A stretch of 64,000 nucleotides of DNA. Source: Terriglobia bacterium. GTDB lineage: Bacteria > Acidobacteriota > UBA6911. The stretch is taken from NCBI GenBank assembly GCA_020072565.1, contig JAIQGI010000010.1, positions 64,592 through 128,591 on the forward strand. Reading direction: 5' to 3'. Below, piece by piece: positions 10,439 through 19,830 of the stretch. A program made the position numbers and the translations under genes. Numbering within the stretch: the first letter of the stretch is position 1; each line of letters opens with the position of its first letter. The notes below the pieces were generated by a model. It did not search any database and was not told the origin of the DNA. It saw only the letters and a program-made list of their open reading frames with translations.

Positions 10439-10465
10439 GACTCAAAGACCCTGGGACTCTGAATC
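10439..10465. repeat. 27-nt intergenic motif copy 1 (GACTCAAAGACCCTGGGACTCTGAATC), preceded by tandem CTCAAAGA x2
   Basis: 22/27 identity, including a 20-mer with one mismatch, to 26245-26271. Lies between the SDR gene end and the start of the six-hairpin glycosidase gene. Confidence 0.5.
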
Positions 10466-10484
10466 CACACCGCCTCATGGGCAT

Positions 10485-11303
10485 CTACAGTCTTCGAATG
10501 TTCATGCCTCCGCTGACCTCGATCACGGCGCCGGTCGAAAAATCGAACGCGCCGCCGGCAAGTGCGGCAACTGCTTTCGCCACATCTTCCGGAGATCCCC
10601 AGCGCTTCTGGGGAATCAGCCCCTCACTGATCAGCCGGTCATATTTCTCTCTGACAGGTGCTGTCATTGCGGTCAAGATAATTCCGGGACGAATCTCAAA
10701 AACGAGGATGTCATGGGCCGAAAGCCGATCGGCAAAAAGCTGCGCCGACATGCTCAGGCCTGCCTTTGATATGCAGTATTCCGCCCGGCTGAGAGATGAA
10801 ACCGCAGCAGAAACCGACGTGATGAAAATGATGCATGGAGGCCGTCTTGCAGGTGCAGCACGCGCGCCGATCATCAATCTGGCGATCCGTTGAGTGAAAA
10901 AGAAAGTTCCTCGCAGATTGGTTGCGAGCACCCGGTCGAAACTCTCAGGGGTCAGATCAAGGATATCGCATCGTGTCAGAGGCGCTACGCCTGCATTGTT
11001 CACCAGCAGATCGATCCTGCCCGTATGGTCCACGAGGGAACCGACCAGTTCATCATGGGCACCCAGATCCGCAATATCACCATGCAGACGCAAAAACCCT
11101 GCGCCACTTCGCTCCAGTTCTGTTTCCAGGCTCCGCAGCGTATCCGCATCGTCTTGATCCTGCCAGGCGACGTCGATTGCAGCGATGTCATAACCACTCC
11201 GCGCCAACTCGATGCCGATCGCTCTTCCGATGCCCCGCGCGCCGCCGGTAACGACGGCTACCGCTCTTGCTGCAATGCCCTTATCATGATTGGTTTCAGT
11301 CAT
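10485..11303 (-). CDS. SDR-family short-chain dehydrogenase/reductase
   Basis: Classic VAVVTGGARGIGRAIG Rossmann motif, NNAG motif and Y-x3-K catalytic region (YCISK). 3-nt gap to the upstream gene. Confidence 0.9.
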   Translation of the reverse strand: MTETNHDKGIAARAVAVVTGGARGIGRAIGIELARSGYDIAAIDVAWQDQDDADTLRSLETELERSGAGFLRLHGDIADLGAHDELVGSLVDHTGRIDLLVNNAGVAPLTRCDILDLTPESFDRVLATNLRGTFFFTQRIARLMIGARAAPARRPPCIIFITSVSAAVSSLSRAEYCISKAGLSMSAQLFADRLSAHDILVFEIRPGIILTAMTAPVREKYDRLISEGLIPQKRWGSPEDVAKAVAALAGGAFDFSTGAVIEVSGGMNIRRL

Positions 11304-11306
11304 AGG

Positions 11307-13331
11307 CTACGACTCGGTTTCTTCAAATAGTTTTCCGTCCAGATAGTCCTTCCAGACATTTTCGAACCAATCGTTGACCTTCGGAATCGGCCGGACAGGA
11401 ACCCAACTTTTGTGAATCCGATAATCGGAATCGATCTCGAGTTCCAGGATGTGACGGCTCACGAACGCTTCGCTTTCGACCATTGAAAATCGCCAACTGT
11501 CGCCGATGTCCCCGCACGATAGCTCGCCGTCCCGGCCCAGTACCAGATACGAGCCGCGGCTCTTACCTCCCCGATCCAGATACTCGCCGATTGCTTCGAG
11601 ATACACAGCGTGCGTCAATGCGAGTTCAACCGTCCTGAATGCAAGCGGCACTTCCCTTCGATCATCAATTTGGGAGTTCGATTTGATTTCTTTAAAGGCA
11701 AGCCAGGCGTTCTCAATCGCACCTCGGATTTCATCGGGATTTCGCATCTGAGCGCCGTGTCGACTCATCCGCTGCCTGATCTCGTGGCCATATTCGGTGC
11801 ACGTGCGTTGACCCGCCTGCCTTGGAACGGACAACCATCGATTGATCCGCTCAAGCATGCCGGCAATCTGCGACTGTGCGTCCGAAACGAATTGCGGAAC
11901 ATCGGCCGGTGCAGATCGATATTTCCGCGCGATGTACATCGCTGCGCGCAGAGCACCGACCTGACCCGCATTCAACGCGGCGCCGCCGGGACGATAGACA
12001 CCGTGGGTACCATTGACTTCGCCGACGGGGAAAAGGTGGCTGATATTCGATTCCCACCAGTGATTGGCGCGCAGTCCTCCATTGTTGTGCTGAGCGCACA
12101 CGCCGATTTCCAGATACTCCCTGGCCAAATCGATGCCGTGGTCCCGATATAGATCTATTGCCCTCGGGTTCAAACGGGCAAGCCGTTCGATGGGTGTCGC
12201 TTGCAGGGCATGGGATCTTTTGAGATATTCCTTCGCCTCCGAAGAAACATCGGATAAGTCGAACTCGGCCAATGTTCCTCCGGGCGAGGGATTATGCCTG
12301 AAATCCAGGAAGGCCTTCCGCCCGCGCAGGATGGTTTCCTGATATACGGCAAGGTCGATGAGCGAGGAACCAAAGCCGGCGATCCTTCTCGGATCAAAGG
12401 GCCACTGATACCCTTTGCGGAATATCGCGCTCGCCATCGTTCCCATATCAGGGAAATGCTCAACCAGAAAATCGCATTCTCCTTTGCCGTCCATATCCGT
12501 GGACACATAGCGCGGTATCACCTGCTGGTATGAGCCGGACACATTCCATCGATGCTTGAGGGATGCCAAACCGAATTGAGACTCGGTAAGATTCTGGGCA
12601 ATCGCACCGATCTGGAGGGCAATCCCGATCGATCCGATCTGGTCCTCGGGGTATACCGACATTTCATACAGACCGCCGGGCCCTCCGGTGCCCAGAATGA
12701 CGTTCACCGCATTGAACAGGACCAGGCCGTAGCCGGGGCTCTCGAGTCCGTCGAGATCAAGAGCGACGGCCCCGATAACGCTCTTGCGCTTCTGGCCCTG
12801 TGCCACCAAAAGGGCGATTACCTGGTGCCGATCGAAAATCGGGATGCCATGATCCCTGACGCGCTTCGCCAACGCTTCGAACATATGACGGGAGGTGAGC
12901 GGACCGGCCGAGGTCGCACGTCCCCGGGGATCATGGTCGGTTCTGTATCCGGGATAGCCCCCGTAGCGGTCGTGAGGAAAAGGAACGCCTAACTGCACCA
13001 ATTCAAAGAACGCCTGAGCGGAATGTTGCGCTTCGCATAACGCGATATCGCCATGCATACAGCCGCCGGCGAAAAGGTCGCCGGCCATCTCCAGCGGAGA
13101 ATCCGGAGCTGAGCCAGACAGGGAGAGTTTGTAATAGGTCTGTTTGTCTGAACCCGAATTGTTTGATGTGCCGCCGCCCCATTTCTCCGTGACGATCGCC
13201 AGGGCATTCTGGCTCCGCTCCCACAGGCTGAGGGAAGCCTTGAGCGCGGCAGCACCGCTGCCGACCACCAGCGTGTTAACGGAAAATACCGGGAATTGAA
13301 TCCCTTGTATCAATACCGTACTCGCCCGCAT
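11307..13331 (-). CDS. FAD-dependent oxidoreductase, FAD_binding_2 (fumarate reductase/succinate dehydrogenase flavoprotein-like)
   Basis: N-terminal dinucleotide-binding motif VVGSGAAALKASL, downstream GGTS..SGS, and GVYRPGGAALNAGQVGALRAA typical of this flavoprotein superfamily. 674 aa. Confidence 0.65.
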   Translation of the reverse strand: MRASTVLIQGIQFPVFSVNTLVVGSGAAALKASLSLWERSQNALAIVTEKWGGGTSNNSGSDKQTYYKLSLSGSAPDSPLEMAGDLFAGGCMHGDIALCEAQHSAQAFFELVQLGVPFPHDRYGGYPGYRTDHDPRGRATSAGPLTSRHMFEALAKRVRDHGIPIFDRHQVIALLVAQGQKRKSVIGAVALDLDGLESPGYGLVLFNAVNVILGTGGPGGLYEMSVYPEDQIGSIGIALQIGAIAQNLTESQFGLASLKHRWNVSGSYQQVIPRYVSTDMDGKGECDFLVEHFPDMGTMASAIFRKGYQWPFDPRRIAGFGSSLIDLAVYQETILRGRKAFLDFRHNPSPGGTLAEFDLSDVSSEAKEYLKRSHALQATPIERLARLNPRAIDLYRDHGIDLAREYLEIGVCAQHNNGGLRANHWWESNISHLFPVGEVNGTHGVYRPGGAALNAGQVGALRAAMYIARKYRSAPADVPQFVSDAQSQIAGMLERINRWLSVPRQAGQRTCTEYGHEIRQRMSRHGAQMRNPDEIRGAIENAWLAFKEIKSNSQIDDRREVPLAFRTVELALTHAVYLEAIGEYLDRGGKSRGSYLVLGRDGELSCGDIGDSWRFSMVESEAFVSRHILELEIDSDYRIHKSWVPVRPIPKVNDWFENVWKDYLDGKLFEETES

Positions 13332-13341
13332 CTGCCATTCC

Positions 13342-14673
13342 CTATTTCTTGATGTTTGCGTACGCCCCTTTATAGATCGTTCGATCGCGAATCACGCATC
13401 CGGCAACCTGATTGTTCCTCATCAAGTCGGTGCAGCAGGAGCATGTAATACAGCATTTGGCAGGATCGAGTTTCCCCAGATTCATCAGGTCGACCGCAGC
13501 GTCGGGATATGCAAATGAACTTCTTCCGAGACCGATGAACGATGCACCCCCTTGGGCGATAACCGCCGCACCGACATTGGGCCAAAACCGGCGCAGCCAC
13601 GAGTATCCGGTGCCGACCACAGGCAATGAGGGGTGAGCATCCTGGAAGACCGCCGCCAATTGGATCAAGGAACAGACGCTGCTGAGCGGATGTATATCAG
13701 GACATTTCGCACCTCTGGCTGGGCGCTCAAAAGGCCTCCCGATATGTGGAGAGAGGGCAGGAACGGAAGCCGTGATATTGAACAGGACACAGCCGGCATC
13801 AATCAACAATTGCTGTAATCGCAAGGGCTCCGCCAAATCCGGTTTCGCTTCTGCGCCCTGGTCCACTCCGAACCCGTAAGGATAAGGGATCCCGTCCGTC
13901 GCATTTAAACGCACGGCAAGATCAAGCCGCGGAACCGCTTCACGAATTCGCCTCACGATGTCCAGCAGCAAGCGAGTCCGGCCTTCAAACCCGCCTCCAT
14001 ACAAACTGTCCGTCCGGGTGAATGCTGAAAGCAACTCGTGCAGCAGATAGCCGTGGCACGCCTTGATATCCACCGCATTGAAACCGGCCTGATGAGCAAG
14101 AATCGCCGCAGCGATGAATTGGTCTCCGATTTCGACCAGTTCTGCGTCGCGGAAGAGCTCAACCTCGCCCCGCGATTTGTCCAAAAAAGGATTGTAGCAA
14201 GTCACCTTGGGTTTCGATCTGTTTTCCCGCCTGCTGAAACGACCAGAATGGGTAAGCTGCAGGACTAGATATGGTTCGTGGGAAGCGCCGAAACGTTTGC
14301 GAGCGGTATTTCTGGCCATTTCCACAAGCCGCAGATACTCAGTGCGTGTTTTCCCGGTCAGTGTCAATTGCCTGGGATTGGATCGTCCAGGATCGGAAAC
14401 ACTGCACGCCTCAAACCATATTAGGCCGCTTCCTCCCTCAGAATATCTGCGGTACCGGCGCCATGTCAGCTCCCCTGGAGCTCCGGCCGGCGTGCCGTCG
14501 AATCCTTCCATCGGCTGGACAGCAATACGGTTGGCAACCTTTTGATCACCGATATGGAATGCCGCAAACAGGGGTGCAATCGATTCCTGAAACGGAAGGG
14601 ATACGCCCAATTCCTGCGCCTTTTTCAGCAGTTCGACAGAATTATGATAGCGGAACGGTTCGTGCCTGCGCAT
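13342..14673 (-). CDS. NADH:flavin oxidoreductase, Old Yellow Enzyme/2,4-dienoyl-CoA-reductase-like TIM barrel
   Basis: OYE-type motifs (IAVQPMEG, FNAVDIKACHGYLLHELLSAF), plus a Cys-rich C-terminal tail (CCITCSCC). Confidence 0.7.
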   Translation of the reverse strand: MRRHEPFRYHNSVELLKKAQELGVSLPFQESIAPLFAAFHIGDQKVANRIAVQPMEGFDGTPAGAPGELTWRRYRRYSEGGSGLIWFEACSVSDPGRSNPRQLTLTGKTRTEYLRLVEMARNTARKRFGASHEPYLVLQLTHSGRFSRRENRSKPKVTCYNPFLDKSRGEVELFRDAELVEIGDQFIAAAILAHQAGFNAVDIKACHGYLLHELLSAFTRTDSLYGGGFEGRTRLLLDIVRRIREAVPRLDLAVRLNATDGIPYPYGFGVDQGAEAKPDLAEPLRLQQLLIDAGCVLFNITASVPALSPHIGRPFERPARGAKCPDIHPLSSVCSLIQLAAVFQDAHPSLPVVGTGYSWLRRFWPNVGAAVIAQGGASFIGLGRSSFAYPDAAVDLMNLGKLDPAKCCITCSCCTDLMRNNQVAGCVIRDRTIYKGAYANIKK

Positions 14674-14691
14674 CGCTTCGCCTGGAATAAG

Positions 14692-15693
14692 TTATCCGAC
14701 TGAAGAAACAATCCTTCTCAAAGCTAGAATGTCACCTGCCATTCGCTGTTCGCACACATCAGGCCATCGGTCCCGCTCGACCATACAGCCTCCTGACATC
14801 GACTTCTCGGCGGTCAATTGCGACAATCTGATCAGCCGCGATAGTTCTGCGGCTGTCAAGTCAGGAAACTTGCTTAAGAAACTCGCATCAAAAATCGGCA
14901 ATAGAAAACTGCCGCCATGTCCTTCAACCGACAGATTCACGTCGGCTGACAGTGATCTCAGCAACTGCAGGATTGCCTGGAAATCAACTACGCCCAGGCC
15001 GGCCGGAACGGGAAATGAAAGCAGCCCTGCAGGGATCAACGAAATACCGCCATCCTTGATATGGGTGCAAACGACCCATGGAAGCAACCGGCGGGTCGCA
15101 CAAACAGGGTCTTCCAGCATGGTGAGGCAATTCATTGTATCCAGGCAGATACCCAACCACTCGCCCGGGAATGCCTCACACCTCTCAAACAATCGCACCA
15201 GCTCGAACGAGGTGAACTCGAAATGTGTTTCTATGGCGAGCACCACGTTATGATCAAGCAGCATCTGCTTCTGTGCGAGCAGCGCACCCGTCATCTCCTG
15301 CACCAGAGTTTCCGTCATCGGGCAATCGGGTTGCCACCTCATCAAGCCGCCGGAACAGGAGCGAATGACGCGGGTTCCCATCGTGGCCGCCTGTTCAGCA
15401 ATTTTGCGATTGGATTCGAGCAGCTCTTTCTTGTCCCAGTTGCTCATGTCCCGTGGGACATGTTGAGCGCCGCCCCATTCCAGGTACATGCCGTTCTCTC
15501 TGGCAAAGGAGGCGAGTTCCCGAAGATAAGTCCTGTCGGCCATTGCCTGAAAGCAGGGCTCCAAGCCGGAAAACTGTACACCCTCGGCTCCGTGGTCCAG
15601 TGCCCACTGCATTGTCTGCAGCGGATCCAGTCGCAGCGGATATAACCCGTAATTGTCAATGCCTATGCGGAACCGACTCACAATTCCTCTCAT
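14692..15693 (-). CDS. sugar phosphate isomerase/epimerase (xylose-isomerase-like TIM barrel)
   Basis: Xylose-isomerase-like TIM-barrel family resemblance over the full 333 aa; operon position between OYE-like reductase and symporter. Confidence 0.55.
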   Translation of the reverse strand: MRGIVSRFRIGIDNYGLYPLRLDPLQTMQWALDHGAEGVQFSGLEPCFQAMADRTYLRELASFARENGMYLEWGGAQHVPRDMSNWDKKELLESNRKIAEQAATMGTRVIRSCSGGLMRWQPDCPMTETLVQEMTGALLAQKQMLLDHNVVLAIETHFEFTSFELVRLFERCEAFPGEWLGICLDTMNCLTMLEDPVCATRRLLPWVVCTHIKDGGISLIPAGLLSFPVPAGLGVVDFQAILQLLRSLSADVNLSVEGHGGSFLLPIFDASFLSKFPDLTAAELSRLIRLSQLTAEKSMSGGCMVERDRWPDVCEQRMAGDILALRRIVSSVG

Positions 15694-15750
15694 CTTCCCT
15701 GCCGACCGGCAGTCGTTCGGGAACCGACTTCCCTTCCGCCATGGTACTCA

Positions 15751-17856
15751 TTATCTGATTGAAACCATTACCCACAACAAAACAATCACCAAGCCCACAA
15801 GCAGCCAGCACCCCCCGAATCCGACGTAATCGGACCACGCCGGTCTCAGAACCTCCCATTGTGACCCCGGGATCAGCTTTTCCTTTTCGAATCTAGCCGG
15901 ATGCGCATACGATTCCGCTACTACTTTCTCATCTTCCTCATGAGTCGGCTGTACCGGAGTGTGCAATCTGGCAAAGAACCGGTCGAGCACCACTCTTGGC
16001 GCAGGTCGGGTCAGGAATGAGATCAGGAACAGCAGCACAAAGGGGAAAAACGCATCAAAGAAAAATCGGACAGCCACCAGCTGTGATTTCCTGAAGCCCG
16101 AGAAATCGATGCCGAACCAGGAAAGAATCCAGATTTCCGCGTGAAAACGGCCCAACCCGACCTTAGCCGATTGCGGATTTTCCGGGTCTATCCTCGCCAC
16201 CCGCTCGAACAGGATACCCACGGGAGGAATCACATGATCTTTTTGTATTAATTGTCCTGTCGCCGCGGCGCGCCCTTCGCTCACATCCTGCGCCAGCGCC
16301 TGCACGGTTACCACCATCGATTGTTGTTTCGTTTCCTGCAGAAACGAACGGCTATATTTAATCGCGTCCACCTGCTGGAAGAGATTTGGTATGATCGCAT
16401 ATATCACGATACAGAGGGCCACTTGTATGATGACCGCCCACCTGGTCACGCGCCGCCAGAGAAATCCGAGCCAAATGGAAGCGCCGAAAATTGCCGGAAT
16501 TGAAATGATATATTGGAACAGCTCGAGCAGATTGTTCACGAGCAGCGCCACACCGATTCCACCCAGCAAGGAGGCGGCAATGACGATGCGGCCGACCCTC
16601 AGATAATGCCTGTCGGATTTGCCGGCATAGCGTGGTTTGTACAGGTTATTTGTGAAGAGCGCCGCGTATGAGACCGCGCCGGCGGCTAAGGCAGACATAT
16701 TGGCCGCAAGGACCCCCACCAGCATCAAGCCGATCGCCCCAGGTGCCAGCAGGTCTTTCGTCATATATCCCCAGATCATGTCCGGGTCATTCAGTTTCCC
16801 TGCGTACATCCCGACAGCCAGCAATCCGGCAAGTGCCCAGAACAGCATCAGGATGCGCTTGGCGAACATCCCGCCGATCATGCCGATGCGCGCAGTGTAC
16901 TCGTTCCTGGCCGATCCGGCGGTCTGCATCCCCGAAACCACGGCCACAATCGACACCAGGTTGGACAAAACCATCGCCAGCACGGTATACCAGGCATATT
17001 CGCTCAAGGTCGCCGAGCCGAACAGGTTGAACATGTAGTCTGGCACCTTCGCATGGAGCTGGGCGAAGCCGCCTATTCTTATTAATCCGACCGGGATCAA
17101 CATCACGGAGAATGTGATGATCAACATTCCCTGCACGGCATCAGTCAACGCAGCGGCACGGAAGCCTCCCAGCATGGTGTAGACGGCAACGACAATCGCA
17201 AACATGAAGTAGAAAAACACCGGACTGATATAGGATACGAACGATTTGAGTTCGCCTTTTTTGTTCTTCTCCCGCAATTCATTATATCGCGCTTGCCGCT
17301 CGTCGGATAATCCGTTCGCTTTCTGCGCTTCGAGCACCTGGAACTCTTCAAATTGTCGGATGCTGGCCTGCTCGGCCGGTGTGCATTCCTCGAACGGTTT
17401 CGGCGCCATCGCAACCATGGTCTTGCCCGCGACCATATAGCCGACACCGCTACCGACCAGCGAAAGCGCCAACATGAACACGGCATAACCTGCGCCGAGA
17501 AAACGACTGTTATAGCGTTCCGTGAAATAATCGCCAATCGTCGTCAACCGGACGCGACGGAAGAACAGCGTCGTGAACCAATAAAAGGGGGTGAGAAAGA
17601 GAACAAGAAACTGGATCCACATTCCGCCGATGCCCTGCCGGTAGATCTCGCGCGAGACCGCTACCGCCTGATCCGCATTGGTGGAGCATCCGAGATTGAG
17701 GAAAAACTGATAGAATTTGCCGAGATTGCGGCCGGCGAGATAAAATTCCCTTTCACTCCTGGTTTTTTTTGATACCCGCTTTCCCAGCCACACCATCACC
17801 ACGACGTATAGCGCGATGATGCTCAGATCGACGACATGAATGCCCCAAAGGTACAT
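15751..17856 (-). CDS. sodium:solute symporter family (SSS) transporter
   Basis: 701-aa polytopic membrane protein; N-terminal SSS signature (GKRVSKKTRSEREFYLAGRNLG...) and multiple hydrophobic helices throughout. Confidence 0.85.
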   Translation of the reverse strand: MYLWGIHVVDLSIIALYVVVMVWLGKRVSKKTRSEREFYLAGRNLGKFYQFFLNLGCSTNADQAVAVSREIYRQGIGGMWIQFLVLFLTPFYWFTTLFFRRVRLTTIGDYFTERYNSRFLGAGYAVFMLALSLVGSGVGYMVAGKTMVAMAPKPFEECTPAEQASIRQFEEFQVLEAQKANGLSDERQARYNELREKNKKGELKSFVSYISPVFFYFMFAIVVAVYTMLGGFRAAALTDAVQGMLIITFSVMLIPVGLIRIGGFAQLHAKVPDYMFNLFGSATLSEYAWYTVLAMVLSNLVSIVAVVSGMQTAGSARNEYTARIGMIGGMFAKRILMLFWALAGLLAVGMYAGKLNDPDMIWGYMTKDLLAPGAIGLMLVGVLAANMSALAAGAVSYAALFTNNLYKPRYAGKSDRHYLRVGRIVIAASLLGGIGVALLVNNLLELFQYIISIPAIFGASIWLGFLWRRVTRWAVIIQVALCIVIYAIIPNLFQQVDAIKYSRSFLQETKQQSMVVTVQALAQDVSEGRAAATGQLIQKDHVIPPVGILFERVARIDPENPQSAKVGLGRFHAEIWILSWFGIDFSGFRKSQLVAVRFFFDAFFPFVLLFLISFLTRPAPRVVLDRFFARLHTPVQPTHEEDEKVVAESYAHPARFEKEKLIPGSQWEVLRPAWSDYVGFGGCWLLVGLVIVLLWVMVSIR

Positions 17857-18049
17857 TTGCTGTGATCCTTATGCGTGCAGGCATTTCTATCTCGGGAGCG
17901 CTCGCGGCGCAAGGGAAATTCGGCCAGCGCTCGATTACGGGAAACTCATCCGGATCGATCAGGGAGTTGCCGGTGAGAGAAGAACATCGAACCAGCGTGC
18001 CCGCGCACCAGAATGCGCTATGCGAATCGTGGGTGACTCTGGACTCTCA

Positions 18050-19768
18050 TCACGCCAGAAACCAGAAATCCAGCGCGCCGCGATCGAGGTGGATGCGCGC
18101 CGGCTCAGGGCTGATGTCCTGGAGCATCTGGTCGCGGCGATATAACGGGCCCGGCCCTTCCGCGCCATAGTAGATCGGCACCTGGCATTGATCGGAGTCG
18201 GAGTAACCGGTCGCATCGCTATTTTCGAGCGGTTGCATCCTCACCACGGTGTCGCCCTTCCAGGTCACCCGATAGCGGTACTGCTTGAAACCGGGATTGC
18301 CGACAGTTGATTCCTCTTCGCGAATTTCCAGAGGGTAAGTGAGGGTGATCAGATCGGCAGCCGGCCGCCGGCCGAAATCGAGATAGTTGCCCCGAACATC
18401 GACCCCGAGACCTCCCCTGTCGGATTCAGCATGGATGTCGGCGGCGCCGGCAAAGTCGGGGACTCGGACGTGCACGCGGCAGTCTTGCTTGAGTCGGATG
18501 GTCAACTCGCCCCGGTAGGGCTGCAAACAGCGGATCTCGGCCTGGGGCAGCAGCTTGTCCAGGTGCATGTTCACGTAAAGGCAGTCGTCGAAGAAACGCG
18601 CCGCATTCTTCCAGACGATGAACAGGGCGTGGGTGCCCGAACCTCCGCAGCAGTTCTGGAAGGCCCGGACCTTATTCTTCAACTCGGGGCCGCCCCAATG
18701 GGCTTTGAGCGATTCCTGCGCAGCAAGGAAGTGGTTGGGTGAAGTCCAGCCCGCATAGCCGCCAAGCATGCGCCGGTCAATGTCGCGCCAGGTGAACTGA
18801 GCGGTATCGGGCTGCGACGGATCGGAGACCAGCCAGGAGCCATCGGCAAGCTGGCTCTCGATGAGATGGTTGCGGGCGGTGCGTTCGACGTCGCCCCAGT
18901 ACTCAGGATGGCCGTGGTTGGCAAGCGTGACGCCCAATCCGATGTAATCCATCAGGGCGCAGGTCTCGCAGGAGATCACGTCTCCGCGGCGTCCGACCAC
19001 CTCAGGCAGGAAACCAAACCGCGTCCCCAGGGACCGGACGTGGCGATACAGCTCATTGATACGATTCAGGAGCACCGCATCCCGCATGTAGATGGCGTAA
19101 TCAGCGGTGCCTAGCAGGGTGCGCAGGCTGCTGTGCATGTGTGCGCCCTGGCGGAGAGTGTTGCCAGGGAGGAACTCGGGTTTTTGAATGAATGTATCGC
19201 TCACGACCATGCCCGCCAGCTCCAGCGCTGCCGCCGGGGGGGCATACCGACCGGCGGCCATCAGACTCTTGAGGATGAAACCGTTGAGGTCGTCACGCTT
19301 GCCGGACCTTCTCTGCCCCAGCAGCGTCTCGACCATGGTGTGGATGCGTCGCTCCATCGCCGGCTCAGGCTGATCTGCGAATGCGGTCGCCAGGGCATAG
19401 AGCGTCAGCGCCTGGTCGCCGCTATCGGCCACGTGCTTCGAATAGTGGGTCTTGGGTCTGAAGAGCAGACCCGTGGCTGGATCGAGATAGGACTCCAGCT
19501 TCTCGCGCCACCTGGACTCGATACCCACCTGTTGTCCTGTCATACATCGGGCCATGATGGCGGCCTGGAATTGCCGGCTCATCACGTCGCCGAAGTCGGG
19601 CCAGTCGTGGGCGGCTTCGGCCGGTGTAGTCCAGAAGATGTTGAAATAAGGCTGCGCGTCTTTGTCAACCATCTCACAGAGATAGTTAAAACTGTGCCGA
19701 GCATACGTTTCCATTGCTACGGTTTGCGCAGCGGTGGCGGCTCTTCCTCCCTGGTTGCATCCTGCCAT
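18050..19768 (-). CDS. DUF1680/GH127-like glycoside hydrolase (putative beta-L-arabinofuranosidase family)
   Basis: 572 aa; contains an E-x-C (SCETCALM) and an adjacent CC pair (QNCCGGSG), reminiscent of the Glu/Cys/Cys-Cys zinc site of GH127 enzymes. AGGAGG SD 7 nt upstream of ATG. Family call is by memory and needs verification. Confidence 0.45.
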   Translation of the reverse strand: MAGCNQGGRAATAAQTVAMETYARHSFNYLCEMVDKDAQPYFNIFWTTPAEAAHDWPDFGDVMSRQFQAAIMARCMTGQQVGIESRWREKLESYLDPATGLLFRPKTHYSKHVADSGDQALTLYALATAFADQPEPAMERRIHTMVETLLGQRRSGKRDDLNGFILKSLMAAGRYAPPAAALELAGMVVSDTFIQKPEFLPGNTLRQGAHMHSSLRTLLGTADYAIYMRDAVLLNRINELYRHVRSLGTRFGFLPEVVGRRGDVISCETCALMDYIGLGVTLANHGHPEYWGDVERTARNHLIESQLADGSWLVSDPSQPDTAQFTWRDIDRRMLGGYAGWTSPNHFLAAQESLKAHWGGPELKNKVRAFQNCCGGSGTHALFIVWKNAARFFDDCLYVNMHLDKLLPQAEIRCLQPYRGELTIRLKQDCRVHVRVPDFAGAADIHAESDRGGLGVDVRGNYLDFGRRPAADLITLTYPLEIREEESTVGNPGFKQYRYRVTWKGDTVVRMQPLENSDATGYSDSDQCQVPIYYGAEGPGPLYRRDQMLQDISPEPARIHLDRGALDFWFLA

Positions 19769-19830
19769 TGGAAACCTCCTTCATCACACCCCCGGGCCGG
19801 GATGATTCCGGATGATTTCAGTCCCAACCG

